A program made the translations under genes and the position numbers. A stretch of 63,143 nt of DNA, the filler included, from Atractiella rhizophila (Eukaryota): the NCBI GenBank assembly GCA_021432655.1. It is 3 parts of 3 records of this genome, joined end to end, with 100 filler letters (N's around TTAATTAATTAA, not from the genome) between each part and the next. Parts side by side here need not be neighbours in the genome. Positions count along the whole stretch, not along the records: positions 24,513 to 35,736 come from MU271252.1; positions 35,837 to 63,143 come from MU271258.1; 1 more part is not named here. The stretch is one strand, 5' to 3'. Positions 25,821 to 36,862 of the stretch are shown here, in pieces. The notes under the pieces were generated by a model that was not told the origin of the DNA, did not search any database, and saw only the letters and a list, made by a program, of their open reading frames with translations. Numbering within the stretch: the stretch's first letter is position 1; each line of letters starts with the position of its first letter.

Positions 25821-27842
25821 ATGGTATTCTACATTCTCGGTGGTTCGTGACATTCTCTATCAAAGCAATTCTATTCCAACAAGAATATTCACTTTGTGTT
25901 GTGTTATAACAGTTGGTTCTATTGGCTCTCTCCTCGCATACCAACTAAGACGCATTCCGAATCCGCCTGAAGTCCGTCTCCTCTTTCCCCCGTCTTCGAA
26001 CGTCAAAGCCCTCCTCTATCCGTCGGGTCTGCCACCACGGAAACGCGTTTCCGTCACGGTCGAAAAGAACGGGGTGGAGTACACAGAGGAGGAGTATCCC
26101 GTCGCAGTGATGCGGACATGGGAGACGTCTTATACGGTCTTCGATCCGAAGAAACCCAGGAAGAAGTGGAGCGAGGTGTGGTGGACGAAGAGCGTGATGA
26201 AGCGACGGAAGATCGTGGAGGCGAATAAGGCGGATTTCTACTTTGACCGGGGGAGGTGGTGGAATAGAGGCCCACCTAGCGACGTCGCCCGACGGAAGGT
26301 CCTTGGTGCGGTTATAGAGCGGTGGAGGATGTCGACGTCTTGATCTTGACTACGAAGGCGAATGCGAATTTGCAAATGCTCCAGCATCTCAAGGACAAGA
26401 TTTCGGCTAGTAGCACGGTGGTGATTTTACAGAATGGGATGGGACAAGAAGACGTCATCAGCGATGCGTTTTGGCCGGATGAGACCCAACGTCCGAGCTT
26501 TGTAATTGGGACGACGCTCCATGGAGTCCATCGAAAAACAAAAGCCAGCTTTGGGAAGATACACGTCGTACATGCGGCCGAAGGTCCAACCAACTTCGCA
26601 GTCATCCCCAACCAAGCCAGTATCGAGGCTCTCCTGTCTTTCCAGGAGAATTCTGACGATCCCTCCCCGAACCCGATCCTCGACCCTTCCGCCGACACAC
26701 CAGTCGATCCATCCAAACACCTGCCGTCATCCCCTCCTCCCGCTCTAACCTCCCTCCATGCTACTCTCACAGCACTCACAGCGCTCCCATCCACCAACGT
26801 CCTCCCCCTATCCATCCTCCGTACCCTTCAACTCCAGAAACTAACGATAAATTGCGGAATAAACTACCTCACCGCCATCCTGGACTGTTTCAACGGCGAC
26901 CTCCTCCGCGCTCCCCATCTCGCTCGGACAAAAGCCACCTTCCGTTCCCTCGCAGAAGAGGCCTCATCAGCCTTCTTCGCCGAATCCGTACGTGCGGGCG
27001 CGAGCTATCCGGAGGCTCAGAAGTCGTTTCCTCCCAACCATCCACTAGGTGTGGATACGCTGGAGAGGAGGCTGTGGGATGCGACGAGGGCGACGAAGAA
27101 GAACGTGAGCAGCATGCTGCATGATCTGAGGAGGGAAAGGGCGACAGAGACTCGTTATATTGCTGGATACCTACTCGCTTTAGGAGCCAAGAATGGGGTC
27201 TCCATGCCGACCGTTCAAGCCTTGCAGGATGAGATGATGGCGAAATCGAACCTGATATTGGAGGGACGGAGGCTGAGGGAAATGGAGAAGCAGGAGATGT
27301 TTAAGTTACGCAGGGAGAAGGAGGATGAGGAGAGAGTGCAGTGGTTACAGGAAAGGAAGAGTCGGCGACAGAGCGTGGTGACGAAGAGAGAGAACAGGTG
27401 GGGTAACGAAATCGTGAGACAGATGAGCCTTTCCGATCCCAACCACGCTACCGTTCTCTCGCCATACATGGAGAAGAGGAAAGAAATGTTGAAGAGGACG
27501 GCGATGGCGATGGAGCGGTTCGTGATACATTGTGAGAGGACGAAGCGCAAGGCTCAGAAGGGTAGGCGAAAAATGTTGGCGAGGGCGGCTTTCATTATGA
27601 ACCGGCTCGTGGAAGAGACAAAGATGAACTCAGAGGAGAGGGTGAAACGGTGGAAAAGGAAGATATTCCACAGAAATCGGTTCTTGGAGGCTGTGATGGC
27701 GGCGAGAGTGAAAGCGACGAAGAGGGCGAAGCACGAGCAGCGGTTGAAGGCAGACAAAGCTGCACGGGAAGAACGACTGCAGGCCCGCGCGAAAGAGAAG
27801 GAACGCCAGTTTGTTGTGACCACGCTAGCGAAGGATTCCTAG
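25821..27842 (+). CDS. Ketopantoate reductase (PanE/ApbA)-like protein with long basic C-terminal extension; one apparent frameshift near 26320
   Basis: Spliced MVFYILG|VGSIGSLLAYQL (intron 25843-25912). Then DVLILTTKA, VVILQNGMG, QKLTINCGINYLTAILDCFNGDL, SSMLHDL, TETRYIAG. Confidence 0.8.
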
Positions 27843-28276
27843 CAGGGCAACGGGGGACAGTATTGCGAGAGGTTGATAGAGAAGAAGCCTCCGATAGGAG
27901 GTTCTGGGAGGTAAGGTGGAGGAACCTGAAAGGTAGAGCAGGAGGCGAGAAATGGAAGGGGATACAGTCGGCCTCGACAATCCCAGTCGACGTCTTCCAT
28001 TGCGAAGTTCGTGCCAGAGGTGGGAAAGTCTCTGGGGGACATCAAATTGGAAAGGACTCTAATCCTGGAGCCTGGGGAGCGAGGACTAGTGAGCACAGGT
28101 TTCAGGCGGTTCAGTATGTTGCATCTTCGTAGTTCTCATGTGTATACTCAGCACATATCACAAAAGTATCTAAAACAGTAGTGGCTTCATACTTATGCTA
28201 CAACAATATTTTCATCTCCATAGCATCTTGACAAATCGATTGATCGCAACATACCCGCCACGAACCCTTTGCAGTC

Positions 28277-29782
28277 CTAAAATACAGTGCCATCGCTCAG
28301 GATGTTAATTGGGGGTCCCCCTCCCTCTCTCTTCTTCTTCGCAATTTCCCTTCCCTATATACACCACCACCAATGAAAGTGTGCCAGGAAGATCGAAAGA
28401 AGAGAGGTGACATACCGCTTTCCACGTTCCCCCTTCCAACACCTGCGCCAACTGCAACTCCTCCCCCAACCCACTCTTCTCCCTCATCTTCAGCGCTATC
28501 CTATCCAACATTATCACCGTGATCGCTCTCCACTCCACGATTGCAGGATGGCTCGCGGGCAGAGATGGGAGATGTAGGAGGTCGATGGTTTCTTCGGTTT
28601 GTGGGGCGGAGGAAGGTTTGGGAGGAGGAGGGAGGTTTAGGGCTTTGTATAAGGAAGGGAGAGAGGAGGGACGGAGGGAGAGGAGAGAGAAGTCGAGAAG
28701 CAGACCGCCGTTTCTGTACTCTGGGAGGCCGGTGAGGTGCTGCTTGTTGCGGAAGCGGAAGTTGAGGTTTCGTTCGAAGACCTCGATGAGGGAGTAGGTC
28801 ATCCCTTTTGCATTCTTCCGTCAGTGTTGAAATTTTGAGGAACGAGGAGAGACGAACATTGCGATAACTTGTGGAAAGCCACTTCCCCTCCGCTTCCTCC
28901 TCGACTCAGAAAGTCACACCTCCAAACATCACCCATGCTCCTCCCCTCCATACTCAACCCTCCTTCCCGATCCTTAGGCCAGACGTCTAAGCCTTCCAAA
29001 ACGACTTCCCACAGAGCGAGGACGTCGACGGAATACGCCTGGGAAGAGGGCGAGGGGACGGATTGGGTGGAAGGATGGGAGAGGAGGTAGTCGACCATGT
29101 TCCCTGGCCGTGACGTGCCGTTGTGGGAGAAGAATGGAGAAGCGGGGAGGAGAGATCCAAGGCGAATCAGCAGGTTGGAACGTCCGGCAAGACCGACCAT
29201 CGGGTTGGAAGGTGAAACTTGGAAGCCTTCTTCTAGCTTAGAGACTGTGAGAGCCTTCAGCCCCTCCGCTGTTCACCATCAGCCACATTCAGCAACCACT
29301 TAGTAGGTGGAATGACGAGGAGATGAAGTGACGAACAATCAACCTCTTGCTCCCCACGAGAACTGAACATCCCATCCTTAAACATCTGCAAGCTCGCCAA
29401 CGCCAACCCTTCGCTCCTTCCGATCCTCACCTCCTCCCCTCCCGCTCCACCACTGCCGACAGTGTATCTCCATTCGTTCCCCGCTCCAGCATCCACGAGC
29501 ACGGACACGACGACGAGATCCACCAAGCGGCGGGAGATCTCGATGGCGTCGAGGGAGGCGGATTGCCAGGAGGCTATGAGTGCCTGTAAGGGGTCGGGGT
29601 TGCCTGGCATGGGAATGAGGTGGCGCCAGCGACCGTGGGGCGGAATGGATGCATAATCGCCTGCATAATCCCTCTGCCAGTCGAATACAGCAGGTTAGCG
29701 TTCGATCGGGAGTAATGATGTGGAAGAAGAGCTCACTTCGATCAGTGACTGCACGAAATCGACTATGTCTGTCTCTTTGGAT
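28277..29782 (-). CDS. URC4: URC4/URG3 (DUF1688) uracil-catabolism protein; main body (5' end lies in the mirrored block)
   Basis: SKETDIVDFVQSLIE|RDY..SIPPHGRWRH, LVDLVVVSVLVDAGAGNEWRY, GRSEGLALAS, FHKLSQW, LTGLPEYRNGGLL, VEWRA, LAQVLEGGTWKAGR, PPINILSDGTVF*. Confidence 0.9.
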
Positions 29783-30260
29783 GAAGGTGACGAAGTGTCC
29801 ATGGCGAAGAAGAAGAAATGCTTTATGAGCTAACTGTAAGTTTGTCTCGATGCTCATGAAATATAGCTACGCCGCGTGCGACGGAGGTTACAGTATAGGG
29901 GGTGTAAAGAAGTCCTGGAGTGGACAGGCGTAGAGCTTCTTAACGTCAACGTTATGACGATGGAGCTACATAGGTGGTAACATCTAAAATATGCGAAAGT
30001 GCGGAGAGTTCGAGGAAAGCGCCCATCTCTTTTTAAGCTTAAGCGCACCTGCACGATAAAGCCGCTATAGGGTACCTGAGAACTGCTAAAAGTGTGAGTT
30101 AGACTCCCTTCGACTACTTAGCGGACTATTCCTCTGCCTTTACCGGGAAACCCTACTTCCCCCTTCTCTATTGAAGGAGATGCTGCCGTTCGCTAAACGC
30201 TACGAAACCTTGCTTCCCCCAAACCCAATACTTCTAACCGACGTACCATTGACCCTAACT
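29783..30260. CDS. 3' end of an LRR/F-box-like protein, readable only as the complement left-to-right
   Basis: Complement gives LPLLHRYRFFFFTKYSIDIQTELRVLYIDAAHAASNVISPTFLQDLTCPHLEELQLQYCYLDVSTIVDFIRFH... One +1 slip near 30108, then ...YEDWLHGNWD* and an AATAAA downstream. Family call is weak. Confidence 0.55.
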
Positions 30261-30564
30261 CGTCACAAATCGCTACTATAATAACATTATTTTATATGAG
30301 CTCGCAACACACGCTAGTTATCAGAGCAAACTTATCTCGTCTAGACTCAAGAGCTCTCGTCAGCAGAGACACTAGGACAGAGTTACGGCTCTTCGATCAA
30401 CAGTCTTACACACCTAACTACCCCTGTCATGACCGCTACCCTTTTCATAAGTTAGTCGACGAAAGTTGCGCGTTAAGAGCGCAAACAAATACAGCTCTTT
30501 CACGACACGTTATTCTATCTACGTCTTTGCCTGTTTAATTACCACCATACTATTCCACCAGTGA

Positions 30565-33194
30565 GATTAGGAGGAGAAGGAGGAGGAGTAGACATACTGA
30601 TGGCGGTAAAGGTGGCAGATTTCTGAGTTGTTGGTTTAAGCGTAAGCCATGGTAGGGAGGTTGTAGGAAGTTTCGGTTAGGGAAGAGCTGATGGAAAGAG
30701 CCCTTTCAGTACTGGTTGAACTTCCACTTTAGCATGGGGAGGAATTGTCCTCTTCCACTTCCTCTCCCTCTTCCCCGATACAGCTGTGGCAACCGAAGTG
30801 TAAGCTAGGTTCGTATGTGCTACCAGCACCTAAGTAGGAGGAATTTTCAAGACTACTCAGCAGAGGGTAGGCAGTTGAACTGTCGTTGGAAGCGAGGAGG
30901 GCGGGGAGCGGTGAGAAGACCCTGCTCCAATTGACGGCGGGTGAGAGAGGTAGAAACCGCGAAGACAAGGTAGACACGAGAGTCAGCGAGGAAGAGCTAG
31001 GGAAGAACAGACGCGGCAAGGAAGAGAAGGAGAAGAGCGGAGAACCGATCGTGGGAGAGGCATAGGAAAGACTGGCGCGCGAGTATGAGGAGTAGAACGG
31101 CAGCAGCCTCAAGGGCGAGAAGAAGGGAAACGGAGAAGACGTGGGAGTCGGCTGGTTCCTTCCCGCTTTGCGCCCCCTCCTGCCTCAAGACCTACACGTA
31201 CTAATACCTCAACCCGCTACACCATCTTCTCCCTCTCGGACTTTCTGCACTCTTGTAGAAGTACTGTCCCAGATGGCGGCAGGCACACACGCTACTCTCA
31301 CATCATCCTCAACAGGCACCAACCTCGCGTTACTTTCGTTGCCACCCATTTGCTCCATACCGGTTCCAGACCCTTCGGACTTTACGCAGAGCTATAAAAT
31401 ATAGAGGTGGGGTCTGTTCCTACAGTAAGAGCGAATAACAGGCTGCATCTAAGACTAGGCAGTTGTGTCAAGATTCCACCTTCTTCAGTCATACTTCAAC
31501 GCGCTCTTTCCTGTTTCGTGCTTGAACGCCTTGTGAAGTAGTAGAAGTACGAGTCGCGATCTGTCCTGCTGGTAGTTTTAGAAGTTAAGCAAGAAGCGGC
31601 GAACATCACGAAGGCTCATCGGTGTCGCGTTCTTAAGACCGTTGTAGAAGCTCCAGGGAGGGCAGAAGGCGACGTGGTTCGGCGAAGGCGGGAGAGGTTT
31701 GTGAGGTCACGGTCACGGTTGACCGCATCTGAGACCTACGTCCACAGGACAACAGAGGAGTTCCTTGGCTTACATTACGAGTCGGCGACGACGACCCCTA
31801 TTTCACGAAGCACCCCACTCCGACTTCCCTAAAGCGCCCGCGTCTTACGGCTCTATCCCCTTCTCGCTAGCCTCCACCTCCTACGCCCACTACTTCCTCT
31901 CTTCGCTACGTTAATTCCTATAACCCTCGCACTAATCGCCACTTTAGACGCTCTTTTGGACTCCAAGTTTAAAGTCGTTACAACAGGCTGGACACAAGAA
32001 ATTTTAACGCGCTCCTTTAACGTACGATGTCAAGATAGGTGTCAGAGTTTTCGTCGCCGTAAATCAAGACGTCTACATTAGTAGTAGGCGGTGGATAGTT
32101 GTTCATCGGCTACGAACCATCCCGATACTGCTCGACGGTTAGCATACTGTCGGTGAAAGGAAAAGTCAGATCCTAGCTACTCCACGGCGAGGAAAGCTGT
32201 GAGTTCGCGATCAGGTTAGTATCACTCTTACGTGTTTTGGCGTATAAGGATAGGTTATTGGTTGCGGTGTGAATTTCTTTCTACGCTCCATTGTCGTATA
32301 TATCGTCGACAAAGTATAAAGACAATAAGCAGTGCTGCGATCTCGAAGGAGTTACTACTAATTAGGAGACTGCTCAGGTTGAAGACCGTGTTGTAACCGG
32401 TGTAACTTGTATAAGGAGAATCCTTCTTCAGGTTTCATCAAGGTACGTCTGTTACGACCGATGATGGCCTCTTCGTTTCCTAGGTCCCGCTTGTTACCAC
32501 TAACCAACTACTTACTGAACCTGTTCTGTTCGTCGAGCCAGGGTTCTACCTACCTCAGGTGCCCAGTACCGCGGTGAGCGACTACTTTCACCTCGAACCT
32601 ACTGAATCGTGGAAATACACGAGGACCGAGTCAGGTAATCTAATTAGGAAGTACGTTACCTTAGTAAGTAAGCAGGTGAGTGTGATTAGTTTGTACTTCT
32701 CACTTCTCTTCCGTCTCTGCTAGAAGCCATATATGGAGTGGACTTGACAGAGTGCAACCTCTTCGTATATGCTTTCCGGTGGAGAGGAGAGCGAGGTAGG
32801 AGGAGTAGAGGTTGCACTGTGAACAGTGCTCTTTCGCGGTGGTGGCGTTACGTCACGCTGTTCCATCTTACTCTCGACTTGCGTGGAAGAAGTGTCAGAG
32901 GTGGGTTGGAGGTCGCGATAAGTGGGAGCCAGAGGAGAGGTGGTGGAGGCTTAGTAGTTAAAGGTACGAGAGGTAGCGTAGGAAGAGGAAGGTGGAGGGG
33001 AGAAGGGAACGCGAGGGTAATTGTAAGGGCCGTTGTCGCCGCCACTCCCTTAAACCCAGGAGATGGGTGAAAAGGTGACGGGCGACGTCTAGGGTAGGGA
33101 GGGAGAGCTCGTGAACGGCCCGCTCGCAGCCTCCCTCGCTCCACTAAAGAACCATAACCCACTCACGCCTTCTGACCCGCCCCCTCTCACTGTA
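30565..33194. CDS. UBX2/FAF2-like Cdc48 cofactor (UBA-like, membrane hairpin, UAS, coiled coil, UBX), readable only right-to-left without complementing
   Basis: MSLSPAQSSALTQYQEITS..ARQVLEREGWDLQRAVEKW..LITLPISLIASLLSFITRIL..LPEFLRCGYSEALQAAKNELKILMVVL..ILVWGGDI..VAVKLTDGRRLIRTF..LVMTFPRKVV..DEEEEEED*. GT-AG introns at 32885-31959 and 31524-31472. Confidence 0.93.
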
Positions 33195-33456
33195 CAGAGG
33201 AGAAAGTTTCAGCCTACAAGCGCACAAAACTCACGTCAACGACACACACTATAATAGTCGCTCTAATAACATCACATCCTTATTCGCTCACAGCTCAACT
33301 GCACCAACACCAACCCCGCTGTTGAACCACTGTTATTCCAAACAAACCAACGTGTAATTCCAAATATGGGTTTGTTGTCTAGCAAAAGACGTTCGTCAGG
33401 TCGAGGGGGAAACGTGAACTGAAATGCTCGCAGGTTCAGAAAATGTGCATTATTTT

Positions 33457-33907
33457 TACCTCTTGCTAGTTCACTCAAAAAGAAGTTGGGGTGTCTGACA
33501 TAAAAGAAAGTCGTTCTCGATACCAGCTTAAGTGCTGAACGACACGATGTCCCTGTACAACACCTGGAGATGCAGGGGGCGTTTACACGGCGATGGTTGG
33601 CAGAGTAGTGGACGTTCCTGGTGCGTAGGCACGTCGAGTTGAAGCGGCGGCATCTACTCCTCCCGTTCCGATAAGGTCCAGTTATGTAGTGGATGCGTGA
33701 GACACCTCGACACTCCCCCTAGCCTCTCTCGCTGCTGTCGTAATTGTCCGACCGATGCTTCCTACCTGCACTCAAGAAAGAGAAGAGAATGCTCGACAAG
33801 CTACATAGCACAGACCTGCCCAACACCTTACAACTCACGACTAACTTTGAGAAACACCCACCACCCGCTATCACAACTTCCTACACACCTCACGATGAGT
33901 CTTCATC
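33457..33907. CDS. RPS21: 40S ribosomal protein S21 (eS21), readable only as the complement left-to-right
   Basis: MENDQ|[83 protein letters not shown] (88 aa). GT-AG introns at 33472-33551 and 33769-33872. Confidence 0.97.
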
Positions 33908-34175
33908 TCTATGCTGCTAAGACGTAACGTAAACAAGATAATAAGTGGAGTCGGTTACTAACTCGGGAAGGATCGGTGTGGTGACGATTCGTTTTGTGTC
34001 TTCGGTAATCAAAGCAAGGCTGATGCCTTGATGAGGACGGGTTGAGGCTGTGATTCGAGGGCAGGTGAAGCTTGAAGCTTGGGTAACGTCGATCTAACGT
34101 CTGAAGGTCTCTAACGTCTTGTGCATTTCATCACGTTTCTTGTTGTCCTTTCACGGTCTCTAACTAGTTGAGTTC

Positions 34176-34289
34176 TACAGGAGACTTTCTCAGTGTATAG
34201 AAGCGAGGGAAGGGTCGTCAGGCACTCTGTACGAGGTTTCACAAACTTCGTCGCGACTTCCCGCTCTTACTCATGACCCTGCACCTAGA
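34176..34289. CDS. URC4: 5' end of URC4/DUF1688, readable only as the complement
   Basis: MSSERVTYLRSLP(+1 slip)AVRETCSKVFEAALKGENEYWDVDL, continuing in frame into SKETDIVDF at 29782. Confidence 0.88.
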
Positions 34290-34314
34290 NNNNNNNNNNN
34301 NNNNNNNNNNNNNN

Positions 34315-35736
34315 CAAAGATGAACTCGGAGGAGAGGGTGAGGAGGTGGAAAAGGAAGATGTTCCACAGAAATAGGTTCTTGGAGGCTGTGACGGCGGCG
34401 AGAGTGAAAGCGACGAAGAGGGCGAGGCACGAGCAGCGGTTGAAGGCAGACAAAGCTGCACGGGAAGAGCGGCTGCAGGCGCTCGAGAAAGAAAGGAAAG
34501 CCGGTTTGTTGTGACCACGCTAGCGAAGGATTCCTAGCAGGGCAACGGGGGACAGTAGAGCGAGAGGTTGAAGAGAAGAAGCCTCCGATAGGAGGTTCTG
34601 GAAGGTAAGGTGGAGGAACCTGAAGGGTAGAGCAGGAGGCGAGAAATGGAAGGGGATACAGTCGGCCTCGACAATCCGAGTCGACGTCTTCCATTGCGAC
34701 GGTCGCGTCAGAGGTGGGAAAGTCTACAGGGGACATCAAATTGGAAAGGTCTCCAATCCTGGAGCCTGGGGAGCGAGGAGTAGTGAGCACAGGTTTCAGA
34801 GTTTGAGGTGGTTCAGTATGTTGCATCTTCGTAGTTCTCATGTGTATACTCAGCACATATCACAAAAGTATCTAAAACAGTAGTGGATTCATACTTATGC
34901 TACAACAATATTTCTCATTTCCATAGCATCTTGGTAAATTGATCACAACATAGTCGCCACGAACGCTTTGCAGTCCTAAAATACTGTGCCATCGCTCAGG
35001 ATGTTGATTGGAGGTCCCCCTCCCTGTCTCTTCTTCTTCGCAATTTCCCTTCCCTATATCCACCACGACCAATGAAATCAGCGTTCCAGGGATATCGCAA
35101 GAAGAGAGGTGACATACCGCTTTCCACGTTCCCCCTTCCAACACCTGCGCCAACTGCAACTCCTCCCCCAACCCACTCTTCTCTCTCATCTTCAGCGCTA
35201 TCCTATCCAACATAACCACCGTGATCGCTCTCCACTCCACGATTGCAGGGTGACTCGCGGGCAGAGAAGGGAGATTTAGGAGGTCGATGGTTTCTTCGGT
35301 TTGTGGGATGGAAGAAGGTTTGGGAGGAGGAGGGAGGGTTAGGGCTTTGTATAGGGAAGGGAGAGAGGAGGGACGGAGGGAGAGGAGGGAGAAGTCGAGC
35401 AGCAGACCGCCGTTTCTGTATTCTGGGAGGCCGGTGAGGTGCTGTTTGTTGCGGAAGCGGAAGTTGAGGTTTCGTTCGAAGACCTCGATGAGGGAGTAGG
35501 TCATCCCTTTACATCCTTCCATCAGCGTTGAGATTATGAGGAACGAGGAGAGACGAACATTGCGATAATTTGTGGAAGGCCACTTCCCCGCCACTGCCTC
35601 CTCGGCTCAGAAAATCACACTTCCAAACATCACCCATGCTCCTCCCCTCCATACTCAATCCTCCTTCCCGATCCTTAGGCCAGACGTCTAAGCCTTCCAA
35701 AACGACTTCCCACAGAGCGAGGACGTCGACGGAATA
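34315..35736 (+). repeat. Diverged direct copy of 27619-29035 (3' ends of the KPR-like and URC4 genes); probable second haplotype
   Basis: Colinear near-identity with scattered SNPs and indels. Bounded by a 25-N gap and the 100-nt linker. Confidence 0.93.
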
Positions 35737-35836
35737 NNNNNNNNNNNNNNNNNNNNNNNNNNNNNNNNNNNNNNNNNNNNTTAATTAATTAANNNNNNNN
35801 NNNNNNNNNNNNNNNNNNNNNNNNNNNNNNNNNNNN
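35737..35836. other. Artificial scaffold linker N44-TTAATTAATTAA-N44
   Basis: Identical to 24413-24512. Confidence 0.97.
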
Positions 35837-36003
35837 AACAAGGCCGGTTTCGCCTTTAAATACTTCACATTTATCTCGGTCGGCTTCTTGGCTCCCTTCT
35901 GGGTTGCCTACTATCATGTGTAGGTTCTTCTTTTCAAAGCATTTTTCTGCTTGAACGAGGAACTGACGTGATTTTGGGTATGAATAGGAAAAAGTCATCC
36001 TAA
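35837..36003 (+). CDS. COX8: Cytochrome c oxidase subunit VIIc (fungal Cox8), 3' part; 5' end lost in the gap
   Basis: NKAGFAFKYFTFISVGFLAPFWVAYYHV|KKSS* with intron 35920-35987. Too short for the ORF track. Confidence 0.75.
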
Positions 36004-36862
36004 TTGCTCAAATGGGGGTAGAGATGAAATGATATAAAGTGGAATGGAATGCGCTTTGAGACATTAATCAATCGGGAACTTGTGAGTCTCCGATAGATGT
36101 AAATGGGTTTCCGAGTGCTTTTCGGTGTCTATCCTCGAACCACCTCTGCCCTCCTTCAAGGGTAACCCAGACGTTGTAACTTATTTTCAATAACTCCTAT
36201 CAGGGCATGAATACCTGGTTCTGACTTCCGCATCCTTCTGTACTGTCCACCTCCTGTATATGCGAAGGAGAGAGAAGAATGAGGTTGTTGCCTGTGACCA
36301 GGTAATCCCGAGCACGTTCCGATGGCGTGGTTTCGTGTCCTATCCTCCAGCCGCAGAGCATCTCTGGTCTCCTCGACATTTCATAGATGGTTGTAACTCC
36401 TCTTACATTTACATAGGGACATACAAACAAACCGAATATGTCATGTTGAGAGATTGGAGGTGCAATGCAGAACCAAATTAGCCAGTCCGGATTAAAATGA
36501 TGGCGGCTTCTTGTCCATGTTTTCCTCCAAACAGACCTTGTAGGGCAATGGCTCTCGATGTCAGTCTAGGAAGTCCATGAAAAGGGTAACATTGCATATT
36601 GTGCTCTCTCAGAGTTGTATTCGTGGCTCCTCCAGAATGCAATCAATCAGGCAGTTTGGAACGCATAGAAACACCGACCGAAACAACTTCTGTGACGGCT
36701 TTACAGCTAGTCAGATACTTTATGGACCATTGTGTGTTTCTAGGACAGTTTTGCTGGAGTTGGCTGTGGAAGCCCAGCACGTGAGGCATTTCTTTCGCGT
36801 CACGCGCTGCACCTGGAAAAGTAACTTTACAACTCGAAAACGAGGAACACGACCGTTTGAAG

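Larger units (their letters stand above)
29783..34289. other. Mirrored (reversed, not complemented) 4.5-kb sequence block
   Basis: No credible six-frame genes. The plain complement and the plain reverse give intact spliced conserved genes. The right end joins in frame to URC4 at 29782. Confidence 0.97.

Noticed and set aside
29782..29857. Apparent URC4 starts (MDTSSPSSKE at 29802; ORF 29378-29857)
   Set aside because: Chimeric across the mirror junction; the true N-terminus is at 34176-34289 in the complement.
29854..33927. ORF-track entries within the mirrored block (e.g. 30729-31112, 32738-33070, 33697-33927)
   Set aside because: Meaningless translations of mirror-written DNA.
29783..34289. 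Mirror block as evidence of a novel 3'-to-5' or parallel-strand copying mechanism
   Set aside because: It ends at an assembly gap, contains homopolymer slips and removes the normal copy of a housekeeping gene from the locus. A software error is far more parsimonious until reads say otherwise.
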